From the NCBI GenBank assembly GCA_965240325.2, contig OZ251232.1:992001-1056000 (forward strand): 64,000 nucleotides of DNA, read 5' to 3'. The position numbers and the translations under genes were made by a program. Of this stretch, positions 35,201 through 46,431 are shown piece after piece. Position 1 is the stretch's first letter. Every line of letters starts with the position of its first letter. Below the pieces are notes generated by a model. That model was not told the DNA's origin. It searched no databases and saw nothing but the letters and a program-made list of their open reading frames with translations. The stretch is from Rebecca billardiae RCC1528. Lineage: Eukaryota; Protista; Haptophyta.

Positions 35201-37757
35201 GCCGCCAGCGTCTTGCCCCGGTCCTGCCGCGTGCCCAGCCTGCGCGTGAGCAGCAGCTGCGCGGCGTGCGCCCAGCCGCGCGCGCGCGCGATGAGCGCAA
35301 GCATCTCGGACACCTCAGCGCACGGGTGGCTGAACGGCTCAGCCTCGCGCGCCAGGCTGAGCAGCGCGCGCAGGCTGAGCAGCCCGCTGCCGCCCTCGGC
35401 GGCGGCGGCGGTGGGCTCGGCGGCGGAGGGCGCGGCGGCGGCGGCGGAGGGCGCGGCGGCTGGGCGTGTGCCTGCGCCGACGGCTGAGCCCGCCACCGCC
35501 ACCCCGCCGCCCGCCGCCGCCCCCACCGCGCCCGCCGCCATCGGCGTCGCGCGCTCGAGCCAGCCCGCGATGGCGCCGAGGTCCGCGCCGAGCGCGCGCG
35601 CCTCCGCCAGGTCCACGCGCACGCGCCGCGACTCCGCGGCGAGCGCGCGCCACTCTGAGAGGCGCGGCATGTCCTCGGGAGTCGGCGGCGCGGGCGTGGG
35701 CGCGCGCGCCACAGGCTCCGCGCCGCCGCCTCCGCCGCCGCCGCCGCCGCCGCCGCCGTCCTCGCCGGCGGGCGCCGCGGGCGCCGCGGCCGTCGCCGCG
35801 CCGCCGCCGCCCGCCGCCGCCCTCGCACGCGCCAGCAGCGCCTGGTACCGCGCGCGCCACGCGCGCGACGCGGCGGCCGCGTGCTCGAGCTGCGACAGCA
35901 GCGACGCGCGCTCCGCGGCACGCGCGCGCCGAGCCGCCGCGCCCGCGTCCTCGGCCTCCGCGCCCGCGCGGTCGGCGTCGGCGTCGGCGCTCGCGCCGTC
36001 GGCGCCACCCGCGCCGCCGTGCTCCGCGCGCGAGTCCGGGCGGCCGGGGGCCGGACTGTCGAGCGCGCCCGCGGCGCGCGCGCTCGCGCAGAGTCGCGCG
36101 ATCGCCTCGAGCGTGGCGCGCGCCTCCACGCTCGGTGGCACGCCGGGCGGCGGCGCGACGCCGAGCACGGCGCGCGCCGCCGCGGCCCACGCCGCGTGCT
36201 CGCGCGCCGCCGCCGCCTCGAGCGTCGCCTCGTGCGCCGCGACCGCCGCCGCCATCGCCGCCGGCGAGGCGTCGGCGTGCGCGTCGGCGGCGATGGCGGC
36301 GCGCACGGCCGCGCCCAGCTCGTGCGGCGCGGCCGCGAGGCCCTCGCCGCCGTCCGCCGCCTCCGCCGCCTGCGCCGCGAGCACGAGCGCGTGCCGCGCG
36401 CGGCCGGGGTCGTACCCGCTCGCGTGCAGCGCGCCCAGCGCCCCCTCGAGCAGCCGGGCGCACGAGGCGCCGCCGTCGAGCCGGGCCACGCGCTTGGCAA
36501 AGGCCACGTACTGCCGCAGCCCGGACTGCCCGGACTGCGGGCCCTCGGCGCGCCAGCGGCACACGGGCTCGCCGCCCTCGGCGGCCGCGCGGGCGCGCGC
36601 GCCCTCGCCGCCCGCGCCCTCGGCCTCCGCGCCGCCCGGCGGCGGCGGCAGCAGCGGCGGAGGTTCGACTTGGAACCTCGCCGGGTCGATGCGCGGGGGT
36701 ACGTACCGCTGCTGCTCGCCGTTCGGCCCGCGCGCGACGGCGGCGGCGGTGCCCGGCTTCGCGGGCGCGCGCCGGCCGGGGCGGTGCGCGGGGCACGCGA
36801 ACTCGCCCACCGGCGCCTCGGTCAGCGGCGGGCTCAGGCAGTGCAGGTGGTACGACCGGTCGCACCGGTCGCACAGCAGCAGCTGCCCACCGCCGTAGCA
36901 GGAGTAGCAGTAGTCGTCGTTCGTGTCGCCCGCGGCCTCGGGCGCGGCGGCGGAGGCCGCCGCGGGCACGCTCGCGCCCGCGACGCCGACGCTGCCGTCC
37001 AGCCCCTCGGCTGCTGCGCCTGCGCGGCGGCGGCGCGCGCGCGCGCGGGTCCGGCGAACAGCGAGGCGCGCGGCGCGGCGGCGCGGCGCGGCGGCGATCG
37101 CACGGTGAGCAGGCGCGCACGCGCACGCAGCGGGGACGCGGCGGATCGTGGCGGCCGCTGGCGGGCACAGCGCATGGCCCTTCCCCCGTCCACGCGCCCC
37201 GCGCCCGTCCCACGCGCTCGGACCGCGCGCCGCTCGCGCGCCGCGGCGGCGGCCGCCACCGCCGTGCATGCACGCACGTACGCGCGCCCACCGCCGCGCG
37301 CGCGCGCGCGCGGTGCGTGCGCAGGACGGGGCCGCGGCGGCGCGCCCCGCGCGGGGCGGGTGCGCACGCGCCGAGCTTCTCCCGCCCGCGCGCGCCGCGC
37401 ATCTGCCGCGCGCACCGCCAGTGCCTTCGAGCGCGGCGGCGGCAGGCTGCTGACCAGAGAGGGGAGCTCCAGAGGCGATGACTGCGCGGAGGGCGCGCGG
37501 AGGAGGCGCGGCGGGCGAAGCGGCGCGGGCGGGCGGACGGTCGAGGAGGCGTGAGGCGAGCACGCCCATGCGGCGAGACCGCGCCGCGCGCGGCCCCTGC
37601 GCCTGCAGCCGCACGCGCGCCGCGAGGCGCGCCGCGCCAGCGCTCGGCGCCGCTGCCGCGCACCGGCGCCGTGCACGGGGTCGCCCTCGGAGTAGCTCGC
37701 GGCGCCGTACGCGCGCAGCCGGGCGCACGAGTCGGGAGGCTCCAACCAGTCGGCCAT
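27876..37757 (-). CDS. Large multi-exon chromatin protein: PHD + ELM2-like + PLU-1-like helical region + PHD; exon limits and start approximate
   Basis: PHD CYSC...CDRCDRSYHLHC...CPAH (~36790-36925) and PHD LYCVC...ECERCARWFHTRC...CEAC (~31960-32105). PLU-1-like W..RA..AL helical repeats spread over ORFs 34462-37728, 33552-36500, 30278-33418 and 27876-31964, joined by GC-rich introns. Confidence 0.72.
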
Positions 37758-37969
37758 CGCGCCGCTGCGAGCCGCAATCAGCGCCGGCGAGCGAGCGTCC
37801 GGCGCGGCCAGCGGCGGCGCGCAGTCTCGCGGTGCCTGCTGCTGCAAGGAGCCCAGGCCTGGCTGCGAAGAGCGATCCGGGCGCCCGGACTGTGGGCCGC
37901 TGCCAAACTGCCAGCCATCCTGCGCCGCCCCGGCCGGCGAGCGCAAGGCGGAGGGCACGGCGCGTGCGC

Positions 37970-39047
37970 GCGGGGCGGGCTGCTGCGCGTGGTGCTCGTG
38001 CTGGGCGCGGCGGGCGGCGGCGGCGGCGAGGGCGTGCCGCCGCCCGCCGCGACGGCGGCCGAAGCGGTGCGCGCCGGCGCGCCCCTCGGCCGCTCCCTGG
38101 TCTTCGTCAAGACCAAGAAGTGCGGCGGCACGACGGCGGCCGGCGTCTTCCGCCGCATCGGCGCGCACCACAACGTGAGCTTCTTCTCGCCGCAGGTGCG
38201 CCGCGCGGGGCAGGCGGAGCTGCGCGCGTGGGCGGACGCGCAGCGCGCGCGGCTCGGCGCGTCCGCGCCCCTCGGCTGGGCCGAGGAGGCCGAGCTGCCC
38301 GCGTGGCTGCCCGAGCTGCTGCCGGGTGCGTTCCGAGCGACCATCCTGCGCTCGCCGATCGAGCGCGCGTTCGCCGCGTTCTACCACTTCGCGATGAACC
38401 ACGGCAAGCCGAACACGACGGAGGCGAAGCGCAGGTGGGTCTCCGCCGAGGCCTCCTCGATGTTCGACTACGTCCGCGGCGCCGCCACCACCGTTCGCGC
38501 CGCGCTCGCGCAGTACGACCTTGTGCTACTCGTCGAGCGGCTGCCCGAGTCGCTCGTCGCGCTGCAGATGAGCCTGCCGGGCGTGCGGCTGTGCGACGTG
38601 CTGTACATGCCGGCGAAGACGAAGCACTTCTCCGCGCGCCGCCGCCCGCACATCCCGCTCGCGTGGGAGGAGCCGCAGCTCGTCGCGGACGTGCGCGCCG
38701 CGTTCGGCGCCGGGCGCGACGCCGCGCTGTACGACGCGGCGAGCGCCGCGCTGGACGCGGCGGTGGCGAGGCTGCGGCCGCACGGCTTCGACGCGCGCGT
38801 CGCCGCGCTGCGCGCGATGCTGCGCGGCGCGCAGCCGGCGTGCGCCGACCCCGCCTCGCGCAAGGCGCTGCAGTGGGCGGTGTTCGGCCGGCAGGCCTTC
38901 CCAAAGTCGCGCTGCTACCACCGCGACACCGGGTGCAACTACAACTGCCTCGACGCGTGGGCGGTCAAGCACCGCGCGTGCGGCAGCGACGCCGTGGCAG
39001 CGCGCGACGAGTTACGCGGGGATGCGACGGCCACCGCGCCGCGGTGA
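37970..39047 (+). CDS. Sulfotransferase (Gal-3-O-sulfotransferase-like); start codon not identified
   Basis: PAPS-binding motifs LVFVKTKKCGGTT and TILRSPIER..FY, plus YDLVLLVERLPESL and DAALYD. Confidence 0.75.
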
Positions 39048-39235
39048 CCAAGCCCCGCGTGCGCTGACGACCACCCATGGTGCCACTGGCACTGGCCCGG
39101 GGTCGCAACAATGGATTGCGAACCGTCGCCTGGTCGCATTACGCACAACACACTTTTACGCAACACCTCTTAACCTGATGCCCACCCCCGTGGTCTTCTA
39201 CCGTATTTGCAAATAGGACAAAGTTCGGGCGCAAA

Positions 39236-39335
39236 GCGTCCAATCTTTGTATGTGTGGACGCGAGAGCGTCCAATCTTTGTATGTGTGGACTCGTTCGGG
39301 CGCAAAGCGTCCAATCTTTGTATGTGTGGACTCGT
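39236..39335 (+). repeat. Three copies of GCGTCCAATCTTTGTATGTGTGGAC
   Basis: Seen directly, in a lower-GC intergenic segment. Confidence 0.85.
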
Positions 39336-40553
39336 TTACTTGCATAGAAATCTTCCCCAAAATGTGGCGAGAATTACCCACTTCGCTATGAGCCTGTGAA
39401 TATGGCCACAGCGATGCCGCGAACCGTTTCGTTACGATAACCACCCTGCGCTCGCCTGGGCGTCGTGGACGTGAGCAGTTCGAGCCTCCAGCAGCCGGCC
39501 GGTTCAACCTTGTGAGTTCCATCGCGTCGCACCGCCCGGAGGGCACGCACGAGACGTGGTGCCTCCGCCGGCGCTGTGGCGCTGGTCGCAATGGGAGGGC
39601 CTCAACCTACTCCCAGGGCTGCCCTCGACGAGCTGCGTCGCGTCTATGGTTGCATCCCCGAGTGGATGGTCGACGAACGACTCCATGTTAAGCGCGCTCG
39701 GGGCGATGTCCTGCGTCTCGCGATGCCTCGACCTCGGGGGCTGCGCGAGACGCTCGGGCTGCACATGCCGGGGGTGGACCCCCTCGACGCGTCGGCGACG
39801 CACATTGCCGTGCTCAAACGCGTCATGCGCTGCATTCCTGTGCACATGCGCGACGCACATGGGTGCGTCAGACGCGCGCTGCGCGAGGCAAAGGCTCCGC
39901 CTCAGCCTCAGCGCGTCGCGCGATGCCGGCGCGCGACGCGCGGCCTCGATCTTCCTGACGTGGACAGCTTCGACGTGACGGGCACACAGATTGCCGTGCT
40001 GGAGCGCGTCGCGCGCTGCGTTCCCGCACACATGCATGCCGTGCAAGCACGCGTGCAAGGCGCGGTGCGCGTGGCGCATTCAGATATTATAGATGCGATC
40101 AGTCGATATATATGACGTAAATAATGGCGCGCGCTCATCGTCGGACCAAGGCCGCGCACACCGGCCAGGGCGACCCCATCCACTATCTGCACCACTGCAT
40201 CCGCAACTCGAACACGGCCTCGGCCAACGTCGACGCGTACAAGTACATGATGACCAAGGGCTGGCGACGACTGCAAATACTTCAGCGGCATCCCTGGGCA
40301 CCTACTTCCTCCGTGTGATCCGGCATCGACGACGACTACGTCCTCACCCGCGGCCAACGCGCTCACACCCTCTGTCTCCAATCAGTACTTCGACAGACGA
40401 ATCAGGAGAGCTGCGCCCTCGTGCCTGTGTCCGTTAAATCCGATAGAATTGGTATACGGTCGGGTCACCAGGTACGGTGTCGGCGCAGCAGACCACGTAT
40501 ATATATATACTATACTCCGGATCTCGGCTTACAGTGTCACGTCCACTCCTAGC

Positions 40554-41363
40554 TCAGTCGCCGAACCGGCCGTACAGAGACGCTCGGTACAGGCGCCAGC
40601 TGGTCATGGCGGCCGCCTCGACCGCGACGTCGAGGGCGAGCTCGTCGGTGCGGCGCACGATGATGAAGTCGGCGGCGGTCGCGGGGAACCCCGGCTCCGC
40701 CCACGCGCCGATCGCCGCCGGCCCCACCTCCGCGTACAGCTGCGCCTGCGTGAGTAAGATGAGTAGGCCGGTGGCGAACGCGCCGGCGCGCGCCGTGTAT
40801 GCGAGCGTCTGCAGCGTGGAGCCGCCGGCGCCGTAGGCCTCCTTGGTGTACGCGGCGGCGGCGAAGGCGCCGAGCACCCAGCACGTCGCGAGTGTGATGC
40901 CGTGCCCCACGGCGGGCAGCACGAACGGCAGCGCGCGCACGTCCGGCACGAACGCGGCGGGCACCAGCCATGATGGCCGCGGCAGGCCGCCGGCCAGAAT
41001 GACGGTGGCGAGGAGGACGGGCGCGGAGATGGCGACGAGCGAGTCGGCGATGGGCAGGCCGCCGTCGTCCACGCGCGGGCGCATGAAGCGGCCGAGCACG
41101 CCGTCCTCCACGCTCGCGTCCTGCTCAGTGCGCGCGCTGCCGTCGCCGTCGTCCTCGTCCGCGCGCGCGCGCTTGGGTCCGTCCTCCTCTTGCGGCGGCG
41201 GCGGCGGTGGCGGGGCATCAGCGCCAGCCATGCGCACGGCGGAGCGTGGGGAGAGCGCTGGGCGCGCGCGTGCGACGCGCGGGGCGGGAATGCCGCCGTG
41301 GCATGCTGGCGCGGCGAGCAGCAGCGCAGCCGCGAGGCTGAGCGATCGCCGCGTCGCCGGCAT
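40554..41363 (-). CDS. Hypothetical membrane protein with signal peptide and transit-like sequence (probably plastid-targeted)
   Basis: 269-aa ORF with hydrophobic leader LSLAAALLLAAPAC, an Arg/Ser-rich stretch ending AVRM, and 3-4 hydrophobic helices. Confidence 0.7.
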   Translation of the reverse strand: MPATRRSLSLAAALLLAAPACHGGIPAPRVARARPALSPRSAVRMAGADAPPPPPPPQEEDGPKRARADEDDGDGSARTEQDASVEDGVLGRFMRPRVDDGGLPIADSLVAISAPVLLATVILAGGLPRPSWLVPAAFVPDVRALPFVLPAVGHGITLATCWVLGAFAAAAYTKEAYGAGGSTLQTLAYTARAGAFATGLLILLTQAQLYAEVGPAAIGAWAEPGFPATAADFIIVRRTDELALDVAVEAAAMTSWRLYRASLYGRFGD

Positions 41364-41662
41364 CGCGCGGTCGTCGTTCTGACGTTCCGGGCTTCCGGCG
41401 CAGAATTAGTAATAATATTAGGGGAGCATAGCATAGTAGTAGGCACTGTATGGATGGATAAATCGCAAAGTGGAAAGTGTTTAACCACAGAATCGTCAGC
41501 CACTTCTTAGCTAGAGGCCCCTCGGTAGATCAGGCCTGGGCAGCCAATGAGCTACTTTCTCCGCGCATCAAAACCTCAAAAAGAATCTGCGCGGTTTCCG
41601 AAGCAGCGCAAACTCAAGGCGGACAGGTCCGAGGACCGCTTCGAGGTCGCCCGCGAGGAAGG

Positions 41663-44600
41663 ATGGCCCGACTCGCGCCGACAGCACCGTGCATCTGCCC
41701 GCTCACGCTCGAGCCGCCGGCGGAGCCGATAACCACACCGTGCGGGCACACGTTCGAGCGTGCTGCGATAGAAGCGCACCGCAGGAGCGTTCGCTCCCGT
41801 GATATCGCTGCGACGTGCCCCATATGCCGACAGCCTCTCGCGAACGAGGAGACCGAGTGCTTCGGCCTTGCTGTCAACGTGGCGATGCGAGATGCCGTTC
41901 GCGAGTGGGAGGCGGCGCGCGACCTCGCGCAGGACCCCTGGTCGTCAGCGCACACGCGCACGTTTGAGGTCGCCGACCTCTCCATCGCGCAAGGCCGGCC
42001 GCTCGGCCGCGGGGCATTTGGCCGTGTCCGCCGGGCTTCCCTTCAGCCTGAGGGGCTCGAGGTCGCCGTGAAGCAGGTGCCGACCGACGACGACGCGACA
42101 GCGCGCACTGCCAAGCGCGAGCTCGACGCGCTCAGTCGGCTGCGCCATCCGCACATCGTGCAGCTTCTCGGTGTGGTCAACCATGCCGACGATGGCGAGG
42201 TCTGGCTGGTGCTCGAGCTCGCCGAGCACGGATCCCTGCGATCGCTCCTGGGGAGCGGAGCCGCTCGCACGGCCGCGTTCGGCTCTGACGTTGCGCTGCC
42301 GGGCGTGACGCGCACCTTCTTCCGAATTGCGGGCGAGGTCATGTGCGCGCTTGCATTCCTGCACAGGCACGGCGTGACGCACGGTGACATCAAGCCGGAG
42401 AACGTGCTCATCTATGCTGGCGGCGCGGCCAAGCTCGCCGATTTTGGCCTCGCGTCGATATCTGAGACGATGCGCGAGAAAGGGCTGCGCCTGTCGTCGT
42501 CGAGCGCGAGCGTTGGCCCGCGCGGCACGGCTGGCTACATGGCACCAGAGGTTGCGCGCGGCGCGGCGAAGCCTTCTCCGCCATCCGATGTGTTCAGCGC
42601 CAGCATCGTGCTCGCGTACATGCTTTCCGGCGAGACGCTCTTCAGCAACGTCGCCAACCACGATCCGTTCGTGCTCACGAACGCGATCATCCAAGGCGCG
42701 CGGCCGAGGCTCAGCGCGCCTGTGCACCACCACGAGCAGGCCCTGCACGAGCTGCTCGCGGGCATGTGGTCGGACTCTGCCGCACTGCGACCGCAGGCTG
42801 CTTCCGCGAGGATCGAACTGCGCTCGATGATGGAGCCGGGGGGTGACGAGCGGCCAGCCAGCGGGGCGCGCACGGCGGCTGCAGAAGCAGAGCGCGCTGC
42901 TGCGGAAGAGGCGAGGCGCACGGCGGGTGCAGAGACGGCGCCGCGTGCGGCGCCGCCCGTCCGCGCCGCTGCGGAGCAGCCGCACGCAGCGGCGCCGCCC
43001 GTCCGCGCTGCAGCGGAGCAGCCGCGCGCGGCGGCGGCGCCGCCACCCGTCCGCGCCGCTGCGGAGCAGCCGCGCGCGGCGGGGGCGGCGCCACCCGTCC
43101 GCGCCGCTGCGGAGCAGCCGCGCGCGGCGGCGGCGCCGCCACCCGTCCGCGCCGCTGCGGAGCAGCCGCGCGCGGCGCCGCCTCCAGTCCGCGCCTCTGC
43201 GGAGCAGCTCGAGGCGCTTGCACGCGCTGTGGGCGTGGGCTCAGCAGAGGCGCTGATGGGGCTGGAGAAGGCGGAGTGGGAGAGGAAGACGGCGGTGGCG
43301 GCGCACGCGCAGGCGATCGCGCACCTCGCCGCGCACAGTGCCAAGCTGACCAAGCTCCGTCTCGACGGGACGGGCGTGGACGGCGAGTGCGTGCGGCTGC
43401 TGTCGCAGGCACTGCAGGCGGACAGCTGCCGGCTGCAGTGGCTCTACCTGAGGTACGCGCACGCACGGTGGGGCGAGCGGGGCGGCGGGCGGCGCGTGCG
43501 GTGTAGTGGGGGAAGGACGGGCCGCGCGTCGTGTGCAGCGCGTGCACCCGCGCGTGCACCCGCGCACGGCGCCGCAGCAGCGCCGTCGCGCGAGGCTGCG
43601 GCAGCGCCCGGCGCGCGCCCCACATCGCGCGTCACCCCACGGCGGGCGGCGCGCGCGGCCAGTGCGGCAGCGCGCGCTCAGCATGGCGGTGGACGGTGCG
43701 GTGCGGTGCGGTGCGCGTGGTGCGCAGCGGCGTGGGCTGACACTGCCCACCCCACCCCGCGCGACCGCGGCGCTCGCCTCTCCGCGCTTCCCCTCCCCTC
43801 GGCGTGCCTCCGCTGTGCACACAGCTCCAACCAGCTGACGGACGTCTCCGGCACAGCGCTGGCGGAGGCGCTCCGCACCAACACCAAGCTGCAGTGGCTC
43901 TGGCTGCAGTACGCGCACGCACGGCGCGGCGAGGGGGGCGGCGCGCGGCGCGGGCGGAAGGGGGGTGGGGGGGGCTCGCGCGCCGTGCGCATCGCGCGCA
44001 CGTGCGAGCACCCGCGCACGGCGCCGCAGCAGCGCCGTCGCGCGAGGCTGCGGCAGCGCCCGGCGCACTCGCCGCGCGGCGCGCGCGCCGCCCCTTGGCG
44101 TGTGGCGGCGCGTGCGCAGCGGTGCGGAGCGGTGCGGTGCGCGGCGCGTGGTGCGCAGCGGCGTGGGCTGACACTGCCTACCCCACCCCGCGCGACCACC
44201 GCGCTCGCCCCTCCGCGCTTCCCCTCCCCTCGGCGTGCCTCCGCTGTGCACACAGCTGGAACCAGCTGACGGACGTCTCCGGCACAGCGCTGGCGGAGGC
44301 GCTCCGCACCAACACCAAGCTGCAGGGGCTCTGGCTGGGGTACGCGCACGGATGGCGCGGCGAGGAGGGCGGCGCGCGGCGCGGGCGGAAGGGGGGGGTG
44401 GGGGTGGGGGGGGGGGCTCGCGCGCCGTGCGCATCGCGCGCACGTGCGAGCACCCGCGCACGGCGCCGCAGCAGCGCCGCCGCGCGAGGCTGCGGCAGCG
44501 CCCGGCGCACTCGCCGCGGGGCGCGCGCGCCGCCCCTCGGCGTGTGGCGGCGCGTGCGGTGCGGTGCGGTGCGGTGCGGTGCGCGGCGCGTGGTGCGCAG

Positions 44601-46093
44601 CGGCGTGGGCTGACACCACCCACCCCACCCCGTGCGACCGCGGCGCTCGCCTCTCCGCGCTTCCCCTCCCCTCGGCGTGCCTCCGCTGTGCACACAGGTA
44701 CAACCAGCTGACGGACGTCTCCGGCACAGCGCTGGCGGAGGCGCTCCGCACCAACACCAAGCTGCAGACGCTCTGGCTGAGGTACGCGCACGCACGGCAC
44801 GGCGAGGGGGTCGGCGCGCGGCGCGGGCGGAAGGGGGGGGTGGGACGGGGGCTCGCGCGCCGTGCGCATCGCGCGCACGTGCGAGCACCCGCGCACGGCG
44901 CCGCAGCAGCGCCGTCGCGCGAGGCTGCGGCAGCGCCCGGCGCACTCGCCGCTTGGCGCGCGCGCCGCCCCTCGGCGTGTGGCGGCGCGTGCGGTGCGGT
45001 GCGGTGCGGTGCGGTGCGCGGCGCGTGGTGCGCAGCGGCGTGGGCTGACACCACCCACCCCACCCCGTGCGACCGCGGCGCTCGCCTCTCCGCGCTTCCC
45101 CTCCCCTCGGCGTGCCTCCGCTGTGCACACAGCCTCAACCGGCTGACGGACGTCTCCGGCACAGCGCTGGCGGAGGCGCTCCGCACCAACACCAAGCTGC
45201 AGGTGCTCTGGCTGCAGTACGCGCACGCACGGCGCGGCGAGGGGGGCGGCGCGCGGCGCGGGCGGAAGGGGAGGTGGGAGGGGGGCTCGCGCGCCGTGCG
45301 CATCGCGCGCACGTGCGAGCACCCGCGCACGGCGCCGCAGCAGCGCCGTCGCGCGAGGCTGCGGCAGCGCCCGGCGCACTCGCCGCGGGGCGCGCGCGCC
45401 GCCACTCAACGTGTGGCGGCGCGTGCGCAGCGGTGCGGTGCGGTGCGCGGCGCGGCGCGTGGTGCGCAGCGGCGTGGGCTGACACTGCCCACCCCACCCC
45501 GTGCGACCACCGCGCTCGCCTCTCCGCGCTTCCCCTCCCCTCGGCGTGCCTCCGCTGTGCACACAGCGGCAACAAGCTGACGGACGTCTCCGGCACAGCG
45601 CTGGCGGAGGCGCTCCGCACCAACACCAAGCTGCAGCAGCTCGACCTGAGGTACGCGCACGCACGGCGCGGCGAGGGGGGCGGCGCGCGGCGCGGGCGGA
45701 AGGGGGGGGGGGGGGGGGGGGGGGGGGCTCGCGCGCCGTGCGCATCGCGCGCACGTGCGAGCACCCGCGCACGGCGCCGCAGCAGCGCCGTCGCGCGAGG
45801 CTGCGGCAGCGCGCGGCGCACTCGCCGCGGGGCGCGCGCGCCGCCCCTCGGCGTGTGGCGGCGCGTGCGGTGCGGTGCGGTGCGGTGCGGTGGGCGGTGG
45901 GCGGTGCGCAGCGGCGTGGGCTGACTCTGCCCACTCCACCCCGCGCGTCCGCGGCGCTTGCCTCTTCGCGCTGCCCCTCCCCTCGGCGTGCCTCCACTGT
46001 GCACACAGCGGCAACCAGCTGAGCGATGCTCAGAAGGCCGCCATCAAACAGGCCTGGACAGGCAGTGGCCGCAGCGGGGACCTCCACACCTAG
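41663..46093 (+). CDS. LRR-cassette gene C: U-box + Ser/Thr kinase + RI-like LRRs; exons join(41663..43452,43825..43908,44256..44339,44698..44781,45133..45216,45567..45650,46009..46093)
   Basis: U-box CPLTLE...PCGHTFERAAI...TCPICRQPL...N.AMR; kinase LGRGAFGRV, VAVK, HGDIKPEN, DFG, GTAGYMAPE. Five exact 84-nt phase-2 exons with GTACGC...CACAG introns of 347-372 nt. Confidence 0.9.
42940..43205 (+). repeat. Coding minisatellite (PPVRAAAEQPRAA(AA)), about 5-6 copies, in the linker of gene C
   Basis: 42-48-nt units seen directly. About two units occur in gene A (~2590-2675) and one in gene B (~20830-20875). Confidence 0.9.
43453..46093 (+). repeat. Tandem exon+intron LRR cassette array of gene C
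   Basis: ~435-nt unit; a 60-nt exon core is identical in all five internal exons. Confidence 0.94.
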
Positions 46094-46431
46094 GGATGCC
46101 TGGAGGATGGCACGCGTTGGGCAGTGTGGGCGCGCGCAGCCGTCGGTCTGCATGCCCGCTCCCCGGGCGCCGACTGCGCCGCCAGCCGCCGCGTCCGCAG
46201 CCGCGGGCCGTCCCGCCCCAGCCTGCGCACGCGGCCTGGTCGCATTACTATACTACTAGATAGTCTCATTCATCCCGCCCGCTGTCGCGAACCGGCGCCG
46301 CTTTCTAGTCTTCGCCCTCCCTCCAGACCTGCTCCTTGATTCCTTGAATCTCGTCATCACAGTGTCCATGGCAACAGCGCGGTGGCCGGCGTAGGGAGCC
46401 CGACGGGTAACACTGCATGCGTGCCCTGGGC

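Noticed and set aside
27876-37757. Calling this gene KDM5/JARID1
   Set aside because: PHD and PLU-1-like regions are present, but no JmjN/JmjC or ARID motifs were seen.
43825-45650. Diversity-generating retroelement mutagenesis (variable codons look like NNC/NNG)
   Set aside because: Adenines in the core (AAC ACC AAG) are invariant, G/C third positions are expected in this genome, no template repeat is visible, and the only RT here is copia-type.
43453-46093. CRISPR-like repeat/spacer array
   Set aside because: The whole ~435-nt unit is repeated, the conserved core is coding exon bounded by AG/GT, and there are no cas genes.
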